A stretch of 64,000 nt of DNA from Chloroflexota bacterium (GCA_965261345.1 OZ253449.1:672001-736000); one strand, 5' to 3'; numbered from the stretch's first letter, positions 41,226 through 51,701 are shown. Numbers and translations: made by a program. Notes: generated by a model from the sequence alone, not told the origin.

Positions 41226-42401
41226 TTACCAGGCGGCCGATTCCTCTGAATAAACGTGGTCTGGCAATGAGTAGCGGATGCCATCCTCGTCGAAAAGCGA
41301 CGTTTCGAGCAATCCCGTGAACCGAGCGTAGCCGCTGTCTTCGTAACGGCCCGGAAACAGTTTCTTAAGGTTTGAGACGTAGCGCTGTTGCATCCTAAAC
41401 CACCAGATGGCCCCAAAGGAGGAGAGTGGAGGATATTGAAGCGCCTCGGCAGCTTGTTTTCCGATGAGCCCACGGGAAATTCGGTACACGTAGTCGGCCA
41501 ATTTACGGCGGCCTTCAGGATCAGTCTGTCCGGCGATTAGCGGAGCGGAATTGACCAAAGAATGCGCCATCACGACCGATTCCACCGGGCAGTCCGGCTC
41601 GCACTGGTGACCGACATCATAGAGTTCTAGTGCTTCATCGGCATTGTGGAAAAGGATGGAACTGGGGATCCCCATCAAATGCCCAGAGTAGCGCCAAACT
41701 GCCATGAAGCTTTCATATTCTTCGTCGTTGTACTCTGCGCCCAGGGTCTTCATGTGCTTGAGCAACCGTGCCGAAAACGCGGATACCGCGTAGCCCAAAT
41801 GGGCGGCGCTGATCGGGATGCCCCAAGCTTCGGAATCCCATTCGCTGGATGCGCTGAGCAGGTGCCGCAATCGGGCGTGAACTATCCTGATGCGCACCGA
41901 CAGTTTCCAGCCGTCGCCGTACCGGTACAAGCCCCCCGGGAGGAAAATCTCGGTCATGTGGCGGTTATTTTGCCCCAGACGCCTAACGCCCTGATCGCGC
42001 ACCCGACCGGTTATGAAGAAAGATTTCGCGATATTGGTTGTAAACCCTTCGATCAGCACCCCGGCCACGAATGCCGCCAGAATTAGCTGCGAGTTCCGAT
42101 GAAACATGCGAACGCCCGGGGCGAATGCCGAATAGTTAAGCCATTCAGGCGGAGTCGCCGCTTCCTGGAAAAATTCTTGCACCGACGCAGGGAGGCCCTT
42201 TAGCGTTTCCCCGCTTTCGTCGTTCATTGCAGTTTCGATAATCCGCATTGACTCGGATTTTCCAAGCTCGGCGAGATCTTTCACCATCGCCTCAGCTATA
42301 GGGTCCCCGATGTGCGTGTGCTCAATGTATTTAGTCGCGATGTCGGGCGAACCCAACCGGGCTCGTTCGTAACCGGGAACGTAATCGCTTGGAACAATCA
42401 T
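41226..42401 (-). CDS. Oxygenase MpaB / Lcp-like (DUF2236) heme protein
   Basis: GDPIAE, TPPEWL, VRIRIVHARLRH (heme-ligand His motif), WDSEAWGIPIS, VWRYSGHLMGIP. No signal peptide. Confidence 0.85.
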   Translation of the reverse strand: MIVPSDYVPGYERARLGSPDIATKYIEHTHIGDPIAEAMVKDLAELGKSESMRIIETAMNDESGETLKGLPASVQEFFQEAATPPEWLNYSAFAPGVRMFHRNSQLILAAFVAGVLIEGFTTNIAKSFFITGRVRDQGVRRLGQNNRHMTEIFLPGGLYRYGDGWKLSVRIRIVHARLRHLLSASSEWDSEAWGIPISAAHLGYAVSAFSARLLKHMKTLGAEYNDEEYESFMAVWRYSGHLMGIPSSILFHNADEALELYDVGHQCEPDCPVESVVMAHSLVNSAPLIAGQTDPEGRRKLADYVYRISRGLIGKQAAEALQYPPLSSFGAIWWFRMQQRYVSNLKKLFPGRYEDSGYARFTGLLETSLFDEDGIRYSLPDHVYSEESAAW

Positions 42402-42468
42402 GAGCACCAAGCCTTCGGGTCAGACTCGGCCAACGCGCGCTGCTTGCTTCGCCCGGTCCCGACGAAGT

Positions 42469-44667
42469 TCAAACGCCATCATGGCTTTGAGGCTCAATGC
42501 GCAGATCCGGCAGCCAATTTAGCCAATGCGGCAGGTACCAGTTCCGCTTGCCAAGCAATTCCATTGAGGCGGGCACCAGGACCGACCGCACTAGCGTGGC
42601 GTCTAGCAAAACGGCCACCGACAGGCCGAATCCCACTTGTTGGTTGATGATGGTCTCACCGGATGCAAACCCGCCAAAAACTGCGACCATAATGAGCGCG
42701 GCGCCGGTGATGATCCCGGCGGTGGATCGTAGTCCGTAGGCAACCGCTTCGGCATTGTCGCCGGTCTGGTCGAAGCGTTCACGGATGCGGCTGAGCAGAA
42801 ATACGTGGTAGTCCATGGAGAGCCCGAACAGGATGGAGAACAAGAACAGGGGTATCCACACATCGACGACTTCGGCGTGTTGGAATCCCAGCAGCTCGGT
42901 TCCAACCCCCTTTTGAAACACTAGAACCAGCAGTCCGTAGGCGGTGCCCACCGAAAGGAGGTTCATCGCAACTGCCTTTATGGGAATGACAATCGACCGG
43001 AAGACCAGCATCAGGATGAGAAAGCTAAAGCCGAGCACAAAAGCGAATACGATCGGCGTGTACTGGGCAACTATGGAGAACACGTCTGCAGCCTCGGCGG
43101 ATACCCCGCCCACAAGGACCTCCGCATCGACACCGTCAAATGCGGCCGGGATGTGCTCATCGCGGATGGCCGAGACCACGTCAACCGCCGCCTGGCTCCG
43201 GGGTTCCCCTTGGATGATTACGGTCTGCACAGCTAGATCGCCGGTGGCGTTTACTACCGGGCCGGGGAGTAGTTGGAGGCTCGGCAGCGTTGCTAGCGAA
43301 GTGCGCAGTTCGTCGATCGCGGCCTGTACGCCGGGATTGTTGATGTCTCCTTCAATGACGACCTCAGTCGGATTTACCAGCCCAAAGGAAAACTCCTTTT
43401 CCATCACGAAGAACGCATCCCGTGTTTGGGCGCCTTCCGGGAACGTGTCAACGCCGTTGAGTCCGGTCTCAATATCAAAGTAAAAGAACGATGCGACCAG
43501 CATTGGAACGCCAATCGCAACGACGCTAATGATCGGGAACTTGGTCACCTTTTCGGTGATGAATTCCCAGAATCCGCGCCGGTGGGCCTTGGGGCTGTCA
43601 GCCTCGACCCTGTCCCTTCGGAAGAAGGGAATCGGTAGAAAATTCACCCTCGGCCCCATCAACGCGAGGACCGCCGGCAAAAGCGTAAGCGTTGCAGCCA
43701 ATGCGACCAGTACTACAAGGATTGCACCCAAAGCAAGCGACTGAAAGAAGGAGAAGGGAACAATGAGGAGCCCCAGGAGGGCAATCACAACGGTGATGCC
43801 GCTAAACAGAACCGTACGGCCGGCAGTTGCGCCCGCTCTTACAACCGCAGTCCGCTTGTCCAGGCCGCGGCCCATTTCATCTCGGAAACGGGAAATGATG
43901 AGAAGCGAGTAGTCGATGCCGACCGCCAAGCCAATCATGGTCACCATGAGCGTGACGAAGAACACCAATTCAAAGGTCTGGCCGATGATCGCCACTAGGC
44001 CCAACGCGGCGATGATGCAGATAATCGCCAGCCCTATGGGCACCAGGGCCGCGGCGACAGCGCCGAACAGCGCGACCAGAATGAGAAGCGCGATGGGCAC
44101 GCCGACGCGCTCTCCCTGTTCCAGGTCGTGGGTTGCGAGTTCGTTGTTCTCCAAGGAGATGCTGGCAGTCCCAACGATGAGAACGTGGAAGTCGCCCGCC
44201 GCGTTGGCATCAGCAACTATTTCGAGGATGTGCTCAACGTTTTCCTCGCCCTGCGCCAAATCGCCAGCCAGAAAAACTGGAATGATGGTTGTCCGGCGAT
44301 CTTGGGAAACAAGGGTTTCGTCGCCCTGTAGGTAGTAGTGTTGCACCGCAGTTACTGCGTTACTGCCCAACCCGGAAATCTCATTGGCGAGCCCTTCCAC
44401 CACGCTGCGAAAGCCTGCATCGTCCACCGTTAGGACCTGCGATTGCACAATTACCGTTTCGATCAGCGGTTCGGGGCCTCGGAGTTTTTGCTCTAACCTG
44501 CTGGAGGCCCGCTCGGACTCCACGCTCCCAGACATCCGAAATTCCGTGGTTGTCGCGCTCTCTAAAAAGTTGGCGTTGACGGCCACGCCGATTACCGTAA
44601 CCAGCAGCCAGATACCAATAACCACCAGCGGCCTTCGCGCGCAAACGCGGGCAAGGTATTCAGTCAC
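42469..44667 (-). CDS. MMPL family (RND superfamily) transporter
   Basis: GLAVGIDYSLLIISRFRDE, TAGRTVLFSG, FGLSMDYHVFLLSRIRE, DATLVRSVLVPA; about 12 TM segments; SD GAAGGGGAG. Confidence 0.95.
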   Translation of the reverse strand: MTEYLARVCARRPLVVIGIWLLVTVIGVAVNANFLESATTTEFRMSGSVESERASSRLEQKLRGPEPLIETVIVQSQVLTVDDAGFRSVVEGLANEISGLGSNAVTAVQHYYLQGDETLVSQDRRTTIIPVFLAGDLAQGEENVEHILEIVADANAAGDFHVLIVGTASISLENNELATHDLEQGERVGVPIALLILVALFGAVAAALVPIGLAIICIIAALGLVAIIGQTFELVFFVTLMVTMIGLAVGIDYSLLIISRFRDEMGRGLDKRTAVVRAGATAGRTVLFSGITVVIALLGLLIVPFSFFQSLALGAILVVLVALAATLTLLPAVLALMGPRVNFLPIPFFRRDRVEADSPKAHRRGFWEFITEKVTKFPIISVVAIGVPMLVASFFYFDIETGLNGVDTFPEGAQTRDAFFVMEKEFSFGLVNPTEVVIEGDINNPGVQAAIDELRTSLATLPSLQLLPGPVVNATGDLAVQTVIIQGEPRSQAAVDVVSAIRDEHIPAAFDGVDAEVLVGGVSAEAADVFSIVAQYTPIVFAFVLGFSFLILMLVFRSIVIPIKAVAMNLLSVGTAYGLLVLVFQKGVGTELLGFQHAEVVDVWIPLFLFSILFGLSMDYHVFLLSRIRERFDQTGDNAEAVAYGLRSTAGIITGAALIMVAVFGGFASGETIINQQVGFGLSVAVLLDATLVRSVLVPASMELLGKRNWYLPHWLNWLPDLRIEPQSHDGV

Positions 44668-45483
44668 GGGTCGGTCTCCCCTTCGGCAGGTTGCAGGTCA
44701 GAGAGATATCTGGGCGGGTGAGAAGTCGCGGTTTCAAACCGCAATTTTCAAAGCGACCGCGCGCGCCTAATAATAAGTTGGCGCAACCGCACGAACAACC
44801 AGTCCTGGCGGATATGTTAGGCAAGGATAGCCTGCGCCAAAATCTCCCATTTGGGCCGGTGGCAAACGCCGCAACTCCGCTTGGCCCAAACGGTCATTTG
44901 GTCGGTGTCGGGAACAGCCGCCCGCGGTGATGCTGTATTAAAAAGGCCCGGCTCTGCCTCTGCCGACCGGCGCCACGACTGCCGCCAAGGCCGGTAAGAC
45001 CGTCCGTCAGATAGCGATGCCAGCGCCGGTTACCTTCCACTTTCCTGGTGCTTGGCGCGGACCCGGGCAAGGACCCTGGGGGGCTCGGGGTCATCGAAGG
45101 CGGCTTAGCAATTGAGTGAAGATTCACGGCAAAATCTAGTTGGCAGCTCGCCGTTTCGGATTCCGTGCTGGCCCGTAATCTACCGCCGTATTGGCCGTTG
45201 CGAATAGTTTGTGATTTGGATGGCCAGGGCCACATTATTTTGCATTTCGGCCTTCAGCAGCCGCTGGCGGAAAGATCCCGATCCGGTGGCGCCCCCTCTA
45301 CGTCCTTGCTGCCCGCCGAACCATTGACATCGCGCAGGGATGGCCGATTCGTCCTGCGGCCGTCATTTCGACGCAGGCGGGAATTGAGCGTGGCCGGACA
45401 GATCCGGCAAACCGGCCGCGAATAGTATGTTGGCAGGCAAATCGTCTACAGCAAATCGTCCCCAAACTGGAGATTTTTTCAGC

Positions 45484-45939
45484 GTGAGCGCCGAATCAAA
45501 AATAATCGAACTCGGTATCGTCCTACCTCAACCCACCGCCCCGATCGGAAGCTACCGGACCGCGGTTTCCTTTAAGGGGATGCTCTATCTGTCCGGGCAC
45601 CTGCCGGCAGCCAGCGAGGGGGATTGGAGCGGAAAGATCGGCGGTGAGCTGAGCGTTGCCGACGGGGCTGCCGCCGCCCGCGCGGTGGGGATCAATCTGC
45701 TGGCGACGATCCGCGCCGAATTGGGCAGCCTGGACCGGGTTAAAAGGATCGTTAAGGTCCTCGGTTTCGTAAATTCGGCGCCTGGCTTTTCCGGTCAACC
45801 ATCGGTCATCAACGGCTTCTCCGACCTGATGGTTGAGGTATTCGGGGAGTGCGGCCGCCATGCGCGGTCAGCGGTCGGAGCCAACGAACTGCCATTGGAC
45901 ACCCCGGTCGAGATCGAGATGATCGTCCAATTCGAATAG
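45484..45939 (+). CDS. RidA/YjgF family protein
   Basis: LYLSGHLP, RIVKVLGFVNSAPGF, GRHARSAVG...LPLDTPVEIE; GTG 45484 after GGAG. Confidence 0.92.
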   Translation: MSAESKIIELGIVLPQPTAPIGSYRTAVSFKGMLYLSGHLPAASEGDWSGKIGGELSVADGAAAARAVGINLLATIRAELGSLDRVKRIVKVLGFVNSAPGFSGQPSVINGFSDLMVEVFGECGRHARSAVGANELPLDTPVEIEMIVQFE

Positions 45940-45986
45940 GTCAGCTATTGGGCCTGACTAGTTAAACGGTAAGGCTGGCGCCCGGG

Positions 45987-48236
45987 ATGATTGAGCCCTA
46001 TCCGGTCTACTACCTCCTGGCATGGCCACTCCTTGGCCTAGCCTGCAGTTTCGTAGGTCTGCCGCTGGTCCATCGGGCGCTCAGAAACCTGCCCTCGGGC
46101 GGAATATTTCTAGCCAAATCAACCGGGTGGTTCCTGCTCGCGTTTTGCAGCTATGCCCTCCTGCACAGCGGTTGGCTAACTAACGGGCGGTTTTTCGCTT
46201 CCTCGCTCGGCTGGGGAATTGTCCTGATCACCCTTGTAATCTGGGCAAATTCGCCCGGGTTGCGCGGCTACTTGCGGCGGTACTGGCGTTCGGCGCTCAG
46301 CGCCGAGATCATTTACCTGTTGGCCCTTTGGGCTTTTCTGGTATTTCGCGCAAACGTTCCCGGGGTTGTGGGCACCGAAGCGCCGGCCAACTTCGGACTG
46401 CTCAATTCCGCCATGCGTTCTGAGTCATTCCCGCCGGCCGACGCCTGGCTGGCGGGTTACGACCTCTCCTATTACTTCTTCGGCCATGCGGCCGCGGCCT
46501 GGGGCTCGCTGGCGGCCGGGATTCCGCGGCTATTGGCATTCGATCTGGCCTTGGCCCACGTGTTTGCATTGAGCCTTTTGGGCGCATACAGCCTGGGCCG
46601 AGATTTGACTACATTGGCGGCTGCGGCAAGATCTTGGGCGGCCGCAATCGGCGGAATCGGTGCGGTTGCCGGGGTGCTGTTCGTGGGCAACCTGGCAGGC
46701 CTGGCCTATCTAGGCGGGCAGGCCCAGAACGATCCGTATTTCTACAACGGGCTCAGTTGGAACGCCACTCGCATCATCCGCAATGTCGAGGGCGGCGGGC
46801 TTCCCGCATGCGGCGATCCGGCGGTGCGCGACTGCCCGATAACCGAATTTCCGGCCTTTACCTTTCTGCTTGGCGACCTGCACGCCCATGCGCTGGCCCT
46901 GCCGCTGGTTCTGATGGCCGCCGCCGCCGCCGCCTGCTGGTACATCGCCTGGCGGCATGAAAAGAATCGGCCCAGCCTCTGGACCGCAGCTTTCGGCGGC
47001 GCGGTGGCCGGGTTGCTGCTGGTTACAAATTCTTGGGATTTTCCCGGCGGCTTACTGCTGGGACCGGCCGCCGGGCTGTTGGCGTTGTTGGCCAGTCAAC
47101 GCTTTGCCGGGACGGCCCGCTTCGGTCTGCATTTGGCAATCGCGTTGCTGGCGGCTTTGGCTGTTGCACTGCCGCAACTGCTTTCCTTCCAGCCCCTCAA
47201 CCTTGGATTGGCACCAGCTCCAATCCGCTCGCAACTTGGACCGTTTCTGTTGATGTGGGGTCTTCCGCTAGCGATCGTCGCCGTTTGGCACTTGTGGAAC
47301 GGACTCGCCCGACATGGATACCGCGGACTAATTCCGGTCGGGCTGTTAATCGCCCTTGCCGGCGGCGGCGAGGCATTATTTACGGCCGGCGCTCTGATCC
47401 TATTGTTGGGAGCGATGCTGTTGACCCTGCGCGAGATGGGAATTGCTGCCAACGACCGGTCTTCCGATCGCGCGGCGGTCGCCGGGCTGGCCGCGTTCGC
47501 ACTGCTGCTTCTGGTCATACCGGAAGTCCTTATCGTCGATGATGGGCATCCAGCTCCGTACCAGCGCATGAACACGATGTTCAAATTGGGCTTTTCGGCG
47601 TGGATCCTGCTGGCCGCATGCGCCCCCGCAATGCTGATTGGCAGCTGGCGCGAGCTTGCCGGGGAGCAGGTCACGCGGGCGGTCGCCCCCGCCCGCGTCG
47701 GCGCTTCGCTGATCATTCTGGGGCTGCTGTCAATTGGACTTTTCTATACCGCCGACGCGTTCAGCGCCCGCCTTGCCGATCAGGGCGAACCCTCACTCAA
47801 CGCGCTCCGCAGCGCGGCCGACATTCTCCCCGACGATGTGGCGGCGGCAAATTGGGCGGCCGACAACCTGCCGGTGGACTCGGTCCTGATGGAGGCCTGT
47901 TGCAAGCCCTATTCGAATGCCGCGCGTATTGCCAATTGGACCGGTGTGCCGACCGTGCTGGGTTGGTTGGGGCACGGATTCTTGACCTATCGCGTGGATT
48001 ACCCGCAATTTGCTGATCGACAGCAGCTGATTGAAAACAGCTTTCGGCAATTGGATCGGCCCGCAACAGCCGATATCCTGCGGCGGGCCGGGGTCACCCA
48101 TGTCGTGTTGGGTCAGCTGGAGCGGCAACTTCATCAGGCAGTTGATCCCGATCCGCTCGGTGGACTGATTCCGGTCTACACCGCTCCCGGAGGGACCCTG
48201 ACCATCTACGCGATCCCGCGACCGATGAGCCAGTGA
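45987..48236 (+). CDS. DUF2298 (Chlor_Arch_YYY-type) polytopic membrane protein, GT-C-like
   Basis: GTEAPANF...FPPADAWLAGYDLSYYFFGH, ITEFPAFTFLLGDLHAH, NSWDF, RMNTMFK, TGVPTVLGWLGH. Confidence 0.85.
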   Translation: MIEPYPVYYLLAWPLLGLACSFVGLPLVHRALRNLPSGGIFLAKSTGWFLLAFCSYALLHSGWLTNGRFFASSLGWGIVLITLVIWANSPGLRGYLRRYWRSALSAEIIYLLALWAFLVFRANVPGVVGTEAPANFGLLNSAMRSESFPPADAWLAGYDLSYYFFGHAAAAWGSLAAGIPRLLAFDLALAHVFALSLLGAYSLGRDLTTLAAAARSWAAAIGGIGAVAGVLFVGNLAGLAYLGGQAQNDPYFYNGLSWNATRIIRNVEGGGLPACGDPAVRDCPITEFPAFTFLLGDLHAHALALPLVLMAAAAAACWYIAWRHEKNRPSLWTAAFGGAVAGLLLVTNSWDFPGGLLLGPAAGLLALLASQRFAGTARFGLHLAIALLAALAVALPQLLSFQPLNLGLAPAPIRSQLGPFLLMWGLPLAIVAVWHLWNGLARHGYRGLIPVGLLIALAGGGEALFTAGALILLLGAMLLTLREMGIAANDRSSDRAAVAGLAAFALLLLVIPEVLIVDDGHPAPYQRMNTMFKLGFSAWILLAACAPAMLIGSWRELAGEQVTRAVAPARVGASLIILGLLSIGLFYTADAFSARLADQGEPSLNALRSAADILPDDVAAANWAADNLPVDSVLMEACCKPYSNAARIANWTGVPTVLGWLGHGFLTYRVDYPQFADRQQLIENSFRQLDRPATADILRRAGVTHVVLGQLERQLHQAVDPDPLGGLIPVYTAPGGTLTIYAIPRPMSQ

Positions 48237-49921
48237 ACGCCCGGGCCAGGCCGCTTATTGGGGCGGTAGCCCGCAATCGGGCCGCGATCGCCCCGGGAGC
48301 CATCCTGGCGATTGCCGCAATTTCACGGCTGTTAGATCTTGGATCGCGGGCCCTTCACCACGACGAGGCAATCCACGCGATAACCGCGTTCGAGCGGTTG
48401 ATATTTGCGCCCTACGTATACGAACCGCTGTTTCACGGCCCGCTGCTTTATTTCTCCAGCGCATTGATATTTGCCCTAACCGCCGTAAACGAGGTCACGG
48501 CCCGCTTGTTGCCGGCGCTGGCCGGTATCGCCGTTGTCGCCGCGGTTCCCTATCTGTTAAGGCGGCCGCTGGGCGGGTCGGGAACCCTGATCGCAATGAG
48601 CGCGATCACAATCTCAAGCGGGTTTCTTTACTATTCACGCTTTATGCGCAATGACGTATTAATCGCCCTTTTTACGCTGCTTGCCTTTGCCGCCCTCTAC
48701 CGCTTCTTCCGCAGGCCGCAACGACGCTGGGTTCTACTGGCCGGGCTCGCTTTCGGTCTTAGCCTGGCCAGTAAGGAAAACGCCTACATCGCCGGTTTCA
48801 TTTTTTGCTCCTACCTAGCCCTGCTGGCGGCTTTTGCTGGATTGGGCCGGGCCGGATTGATCGGCGACCGGCCAAGTCTGGTACGGGCAAGATCGGCATT
48901 TGCGGCGCTGTTTGCCGACCGCCTAGGCCTCATCACCGGCACGGCGCTCATCCTTCTCATTCCGGCCCTTCTGTTTAGTTCGTTCGGAATCAACTGGCAC
49001 CTGATTCCGCAAGCTTTTCACGACTCGGTGTCGGTCTGGGTGGAAGTTCACCAGTCCGGCCGATTGAACCAGCCGTGGTTTTTCTACCCGCTAATACTCC
49101 TGTTTTTTGAGCCCTTTGCCGTGGTGTTCGGACTGTCGGGCATCTATGGCTGGGTGCGGCGCCCGGACTTGTTCGGGTCGCTGCTTATCTATTGGCTGTT
49201 GGCCTCGCTACTGATCTACTCGATCGCCGGCGAAAAAGCCGCCTGGCTGTCCCTGCACATCGCCCTGCCGATGATCCTGCTGGCCAGCCGCCGGGCCGGG
49301 GAACTGCTGCGGTCGGGTCGGGTCGTTACGATCGTCTCCGGATTGCTACTGGCCGCCCTGCTGGTGTTGACGGCAAGGCATTCAATCGCAATTACCTTTC
49401 TGTACGGAGACATCCCCCGCACACCAATGACCTATTCGCAGACCAGCCGCGATCTTTTGGCGGTAGTCGCCCTGATCGAGAGCGCCGGCGAAAAATCCGG
49501 TTACGGGCGGGCGCTGCCGGTCCATGTCGGCCCGGAAGCCCATTGGCCGTTGGTCTGGTATCTGCTCGATCACAGCGCGGTGGAGTATGCCAAAGGCGAA
49601 CTGGACCCTGAGGCGGTTTCGGCCCTGATACTAATCATCGGTCCGGCAACCGCCGACGCGGTCGGTTACCGCTTGACTGACTACGCTGGTGCGGCGGTAC
49701 CGATTCGCCAGTGGTTTCCCGAACACGTCTACCAAAATTGGACTTGGTCCTCGTTGGGCGATTTCGCCAGCAACGGAACTAATTGGAAGGCTCTGTTTAA
49801 CTTTTTGATTTGGCACAATCCGCCGGCCCCCATCGGCAACTCACAGGTTTATGTATACCTCCATGACGACCTCCTGGCGCTCGGCCTAAATCCGGCCCAA
49901 GCGTTTGCCGGAGCTCCCTGA
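48233..49921 (+). CDS. TIGR03663/Agl23-like membrane protein (PMT/GT39-like)
   Basis: RALHHDEAIHA, YEPLFHGPLL, YYSRFMRND, SKENAY, AGEKAAWL, YSQTS, WPLVWY. Confidence 0.85.
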   Translation: MNARARPLIGAVARNRAAIAPGAILAIAAISRLLDLGSRALHHDEAIHAITAFERLIFAPYVYEPLFHGPLLYFSSALIFALTAVNEVTARLLPALAGIAVVAAVPYLLRRPLGGSGTLIAMSAITISSGFLYYSRFMRNDVLIALFTLLAFAALYRFFRRPQRRWVLLAGLAFGLSLASKENAYIAGFIFCSYLALLAAFAGLGRAGLIGDRPSLVRARSAFAALFADRLGLITGTALILLIPALLFSSFGINWHLIPQAFHDSVSVWVEVHQSGRLNQPWFFYPLILLFFEPFAVVFGLSGIYGWVRRPDLFGSLLIYWLLASLLIYSIAGEKAAWLSLHIALPMILLASRRAGELLRSGRVVTIVSGLLLAALLVLTARHSIAITFLYGDIPRTPMTYSQTSRDLLAVVALIESAGEKSGYGRALPVHVGPEAHWPLVWYLLDHSAVEYAKGELDPEAVSALILIIGPATADAVGYRLTDYAGAAVPIRQWFPEHVYQNWTWSSLGDFASNGTNWKALFNFLIWHNPPAPIGNSQVYVYLHDDLLALGLNPAQAFAGAP

Positions 49922-49922
49922 G

Positions 49923-50852
49923 ATGGCCAACCCGGCAGATTCGATTGAGGGCATCGTGACCAATGTCTCCCGCTCACGTTGCCTGGCTCAGGTTTCAGGG
50001 TCGCAGATCGCGTTCCATGTGCCGGGCGGCCTGATCCGGAAAAATGGCGGGCGCAATCCGGCACGGGTCGGCGACCGGGTTGTGCTGACCATGCGTTCGG
50101 GCACGATCGTGCTGGACTCGATCCTTCCGCGCCAAAGCCAGCTGCAACGCACCCACACCGAGGACGGCCGCGCGGCGCGGGGGGCGACCATCGCCACAAA
50201 CCTGGCGCTGGCCCTATTCGTTCTGCCGGCGTCCTTCGAACCGCGGCAGATGCGCATGCTCGACCGCATGCTGGTAGGGGCCAGTTGGGCCCAGATTACC
50301 GCCGGAATTTGCGTTAACAAGATCGACACGGTCAAAGATTTGGGACCGGTGCGTGAGCGGTTGAGCGCCTATGACGCCGCCGGTTGGGACCTGTTCTATA
50401 CGGTCGCTCCGGCCGGTGACGGACTCGCCCAACTGGTCGACTACCTGCCCGATGGGCTGTCTGCATTCATCGGGCCGTCGGGAGCGGGCAAGACAACCTT
50501 GATATCGGCGATCACCGGACGCTCTGATCTCAAAACCCTTGGTGTGAACGCGTTCACCGGCAAGGGTCGTCACGCCACCACCGCGGTCTCGGCCTATCAG
50601 GTCGACCAGCACCGTTGGGTGGTTGATGCGCCAGGCCTAAAGACCTTTGGCGTCGCGCAAGCCCCACGCACGGCGGTTCGGGAGGCCTTTCCCGAGATCG
50701 CGAGCGCCGAGGCAGATTGTCAGGCCCGCTGGTGCGACCATTCGACGGCCCGCGGTTGCCGGGTTCAGGCTGAAATCCGCGCCGGCCGAATCACCCGCGA
50801 GCGGTTGGACAGTTTCAAGGTACTGCTGGCCGAGGCGCAATCTGCCAACTAG
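49923..50852 (+). CDS. rsgA: Ribosome small subunit-dependent GTPase A
   Basis: VGDRV, NKID, GPSGAGKTT, GKGRHATT, DAPG, CxxxxCxHxxxxGC zinc site. Confidence 0.92.
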   Translation: MANPADSIEGIVTNVSRSRCLAQVSGSQIAFHVPGGLIRKNGGRNPARVGDRVVLTMRSGTIVLDSILPRQSQLQRTHTEDGRAARGATIATNLALALFVLPASFEPRQMRMLDRMLVGASWAQITAGICVNKIDTVKDLGPVRERLSAYDAAGWDLFYTVAPAGDGLAQLVDYLPDGLSAFIGPSGAGKTTLISAITGRSDLKTLGVNAFTGKGRHATTAVSAYQVDQHRWVVDAPGLKTFGVAQAPRTAVREAFPEIASAEADCQARWCDHSTARGCRVQAEIRAGRITRERLDSFKVLLAEAQSAN

Positions 50853-51694
50853 TCCATTGCAGCCAGACGGGTTGCTACCGAATTGAGAATCTCGCCCACC
50901 GCCGTCGCGGCGCCGGCCGCCGCCGCCATGACCTCCGCGTGCTCGTCCTGGGTGTTGGCCGACCCGGCAATGTTGGTGATCGTAGACAGCGCCATGACCC
51001 GAGCGCCGCTGTGGTGGGCAACGATCGCCTCGACCGCAGTGCTCATCCCGACCGCGTCGGCGCCCAGTACACCCAAGGCACCCACTTCGGCCCGCGTCTC
51101 GTAGGTTGGCCCCGAAACCTGGCAATAGACACCACTATGGACAGTGGTACCCACCCCGGCCGCGGCTTCGCCGGCCCACACGTAAAGTAAGGGATCGTAC
51201 AGGTTGGCGGTAGTCAGAAACCGCGGTCCCGGTCCGCAGTTGGGCCCGACCAGCGGATTTGCCCCCGCTAGGGCGGGCCAACAGATGTGATCGCGCACGA
51301 TCATCAGATCACCGGGCCGATAGCTTGGGTTGACCGCGCCAGCCGCGTTGGTAAGGAGAATCGCCTCGATGCCGCAGGCACAGAGCGACCGCACAAAATG
51401 GCAGATTTCGGCCATCGATCCGGTCTCGTAATAGTGCATTCGCCCCTGCAGGACGATCGCGACTGAACCGCCGATCTCGACGCCGACCACCCGGCCGGCG
51501 TGCCCGGCTACTCCCGCCTCGGCAATCCCGGGAATGTCACGGTAGGGTGTGGAACTAAGAGGCGGCCATGTATCGGCAATCGCCCCGAGGCCCGATCCAA
51601 GCACGATCGCCAGCCGAGGGGTCGATGGGAGCTGCTGCAGTATCGCCGCCGCGCTGCGACGGATTGATTCAGGGAAATTGGCGCGCGGCAGCAC
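50849..51694 (-). CDS. punA: Purine nucleoside phosphorylase (trimeric type)
   Basis: VLGSGLG, GHAG, QGRMHYYE, TNAAG, GPTYET, DAVGMST, ITN. Confidence 0.94.
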   Translation of the reverse strand: MLPRANFPESIRRSAAAILQQLPSTPRLAIVLGSGLGAIADTWPPLSSTPYRDIPGIAEAGVAGHAGRVVGVEIGGSVAIVLQGRMHYYETGSMAEICHFVRSLCACGIEAILLTNAAGAVNPSYRPGDLMIVRDHICWPALAGANPLVGPNCGPGPRFLTTANLYDPLLYVWAGEAAAGVGTTVHSGVYCQVSGPTYETRAEVGALGVLGADAVGMSTAVEAIVAHHSGARVMALSTITNIAGSANTQDEHAEVMAAAAGAATAVGEILNSVATRLAAMD

Positions 51695-51701
51695 CGCGAT
51701 C

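Noticed and set aside
33854-45465. GTCCCCAA near both island edges as a target-site duplication
   Set aside because: An 8-mer is expected by chance, and no mobility gene is present.
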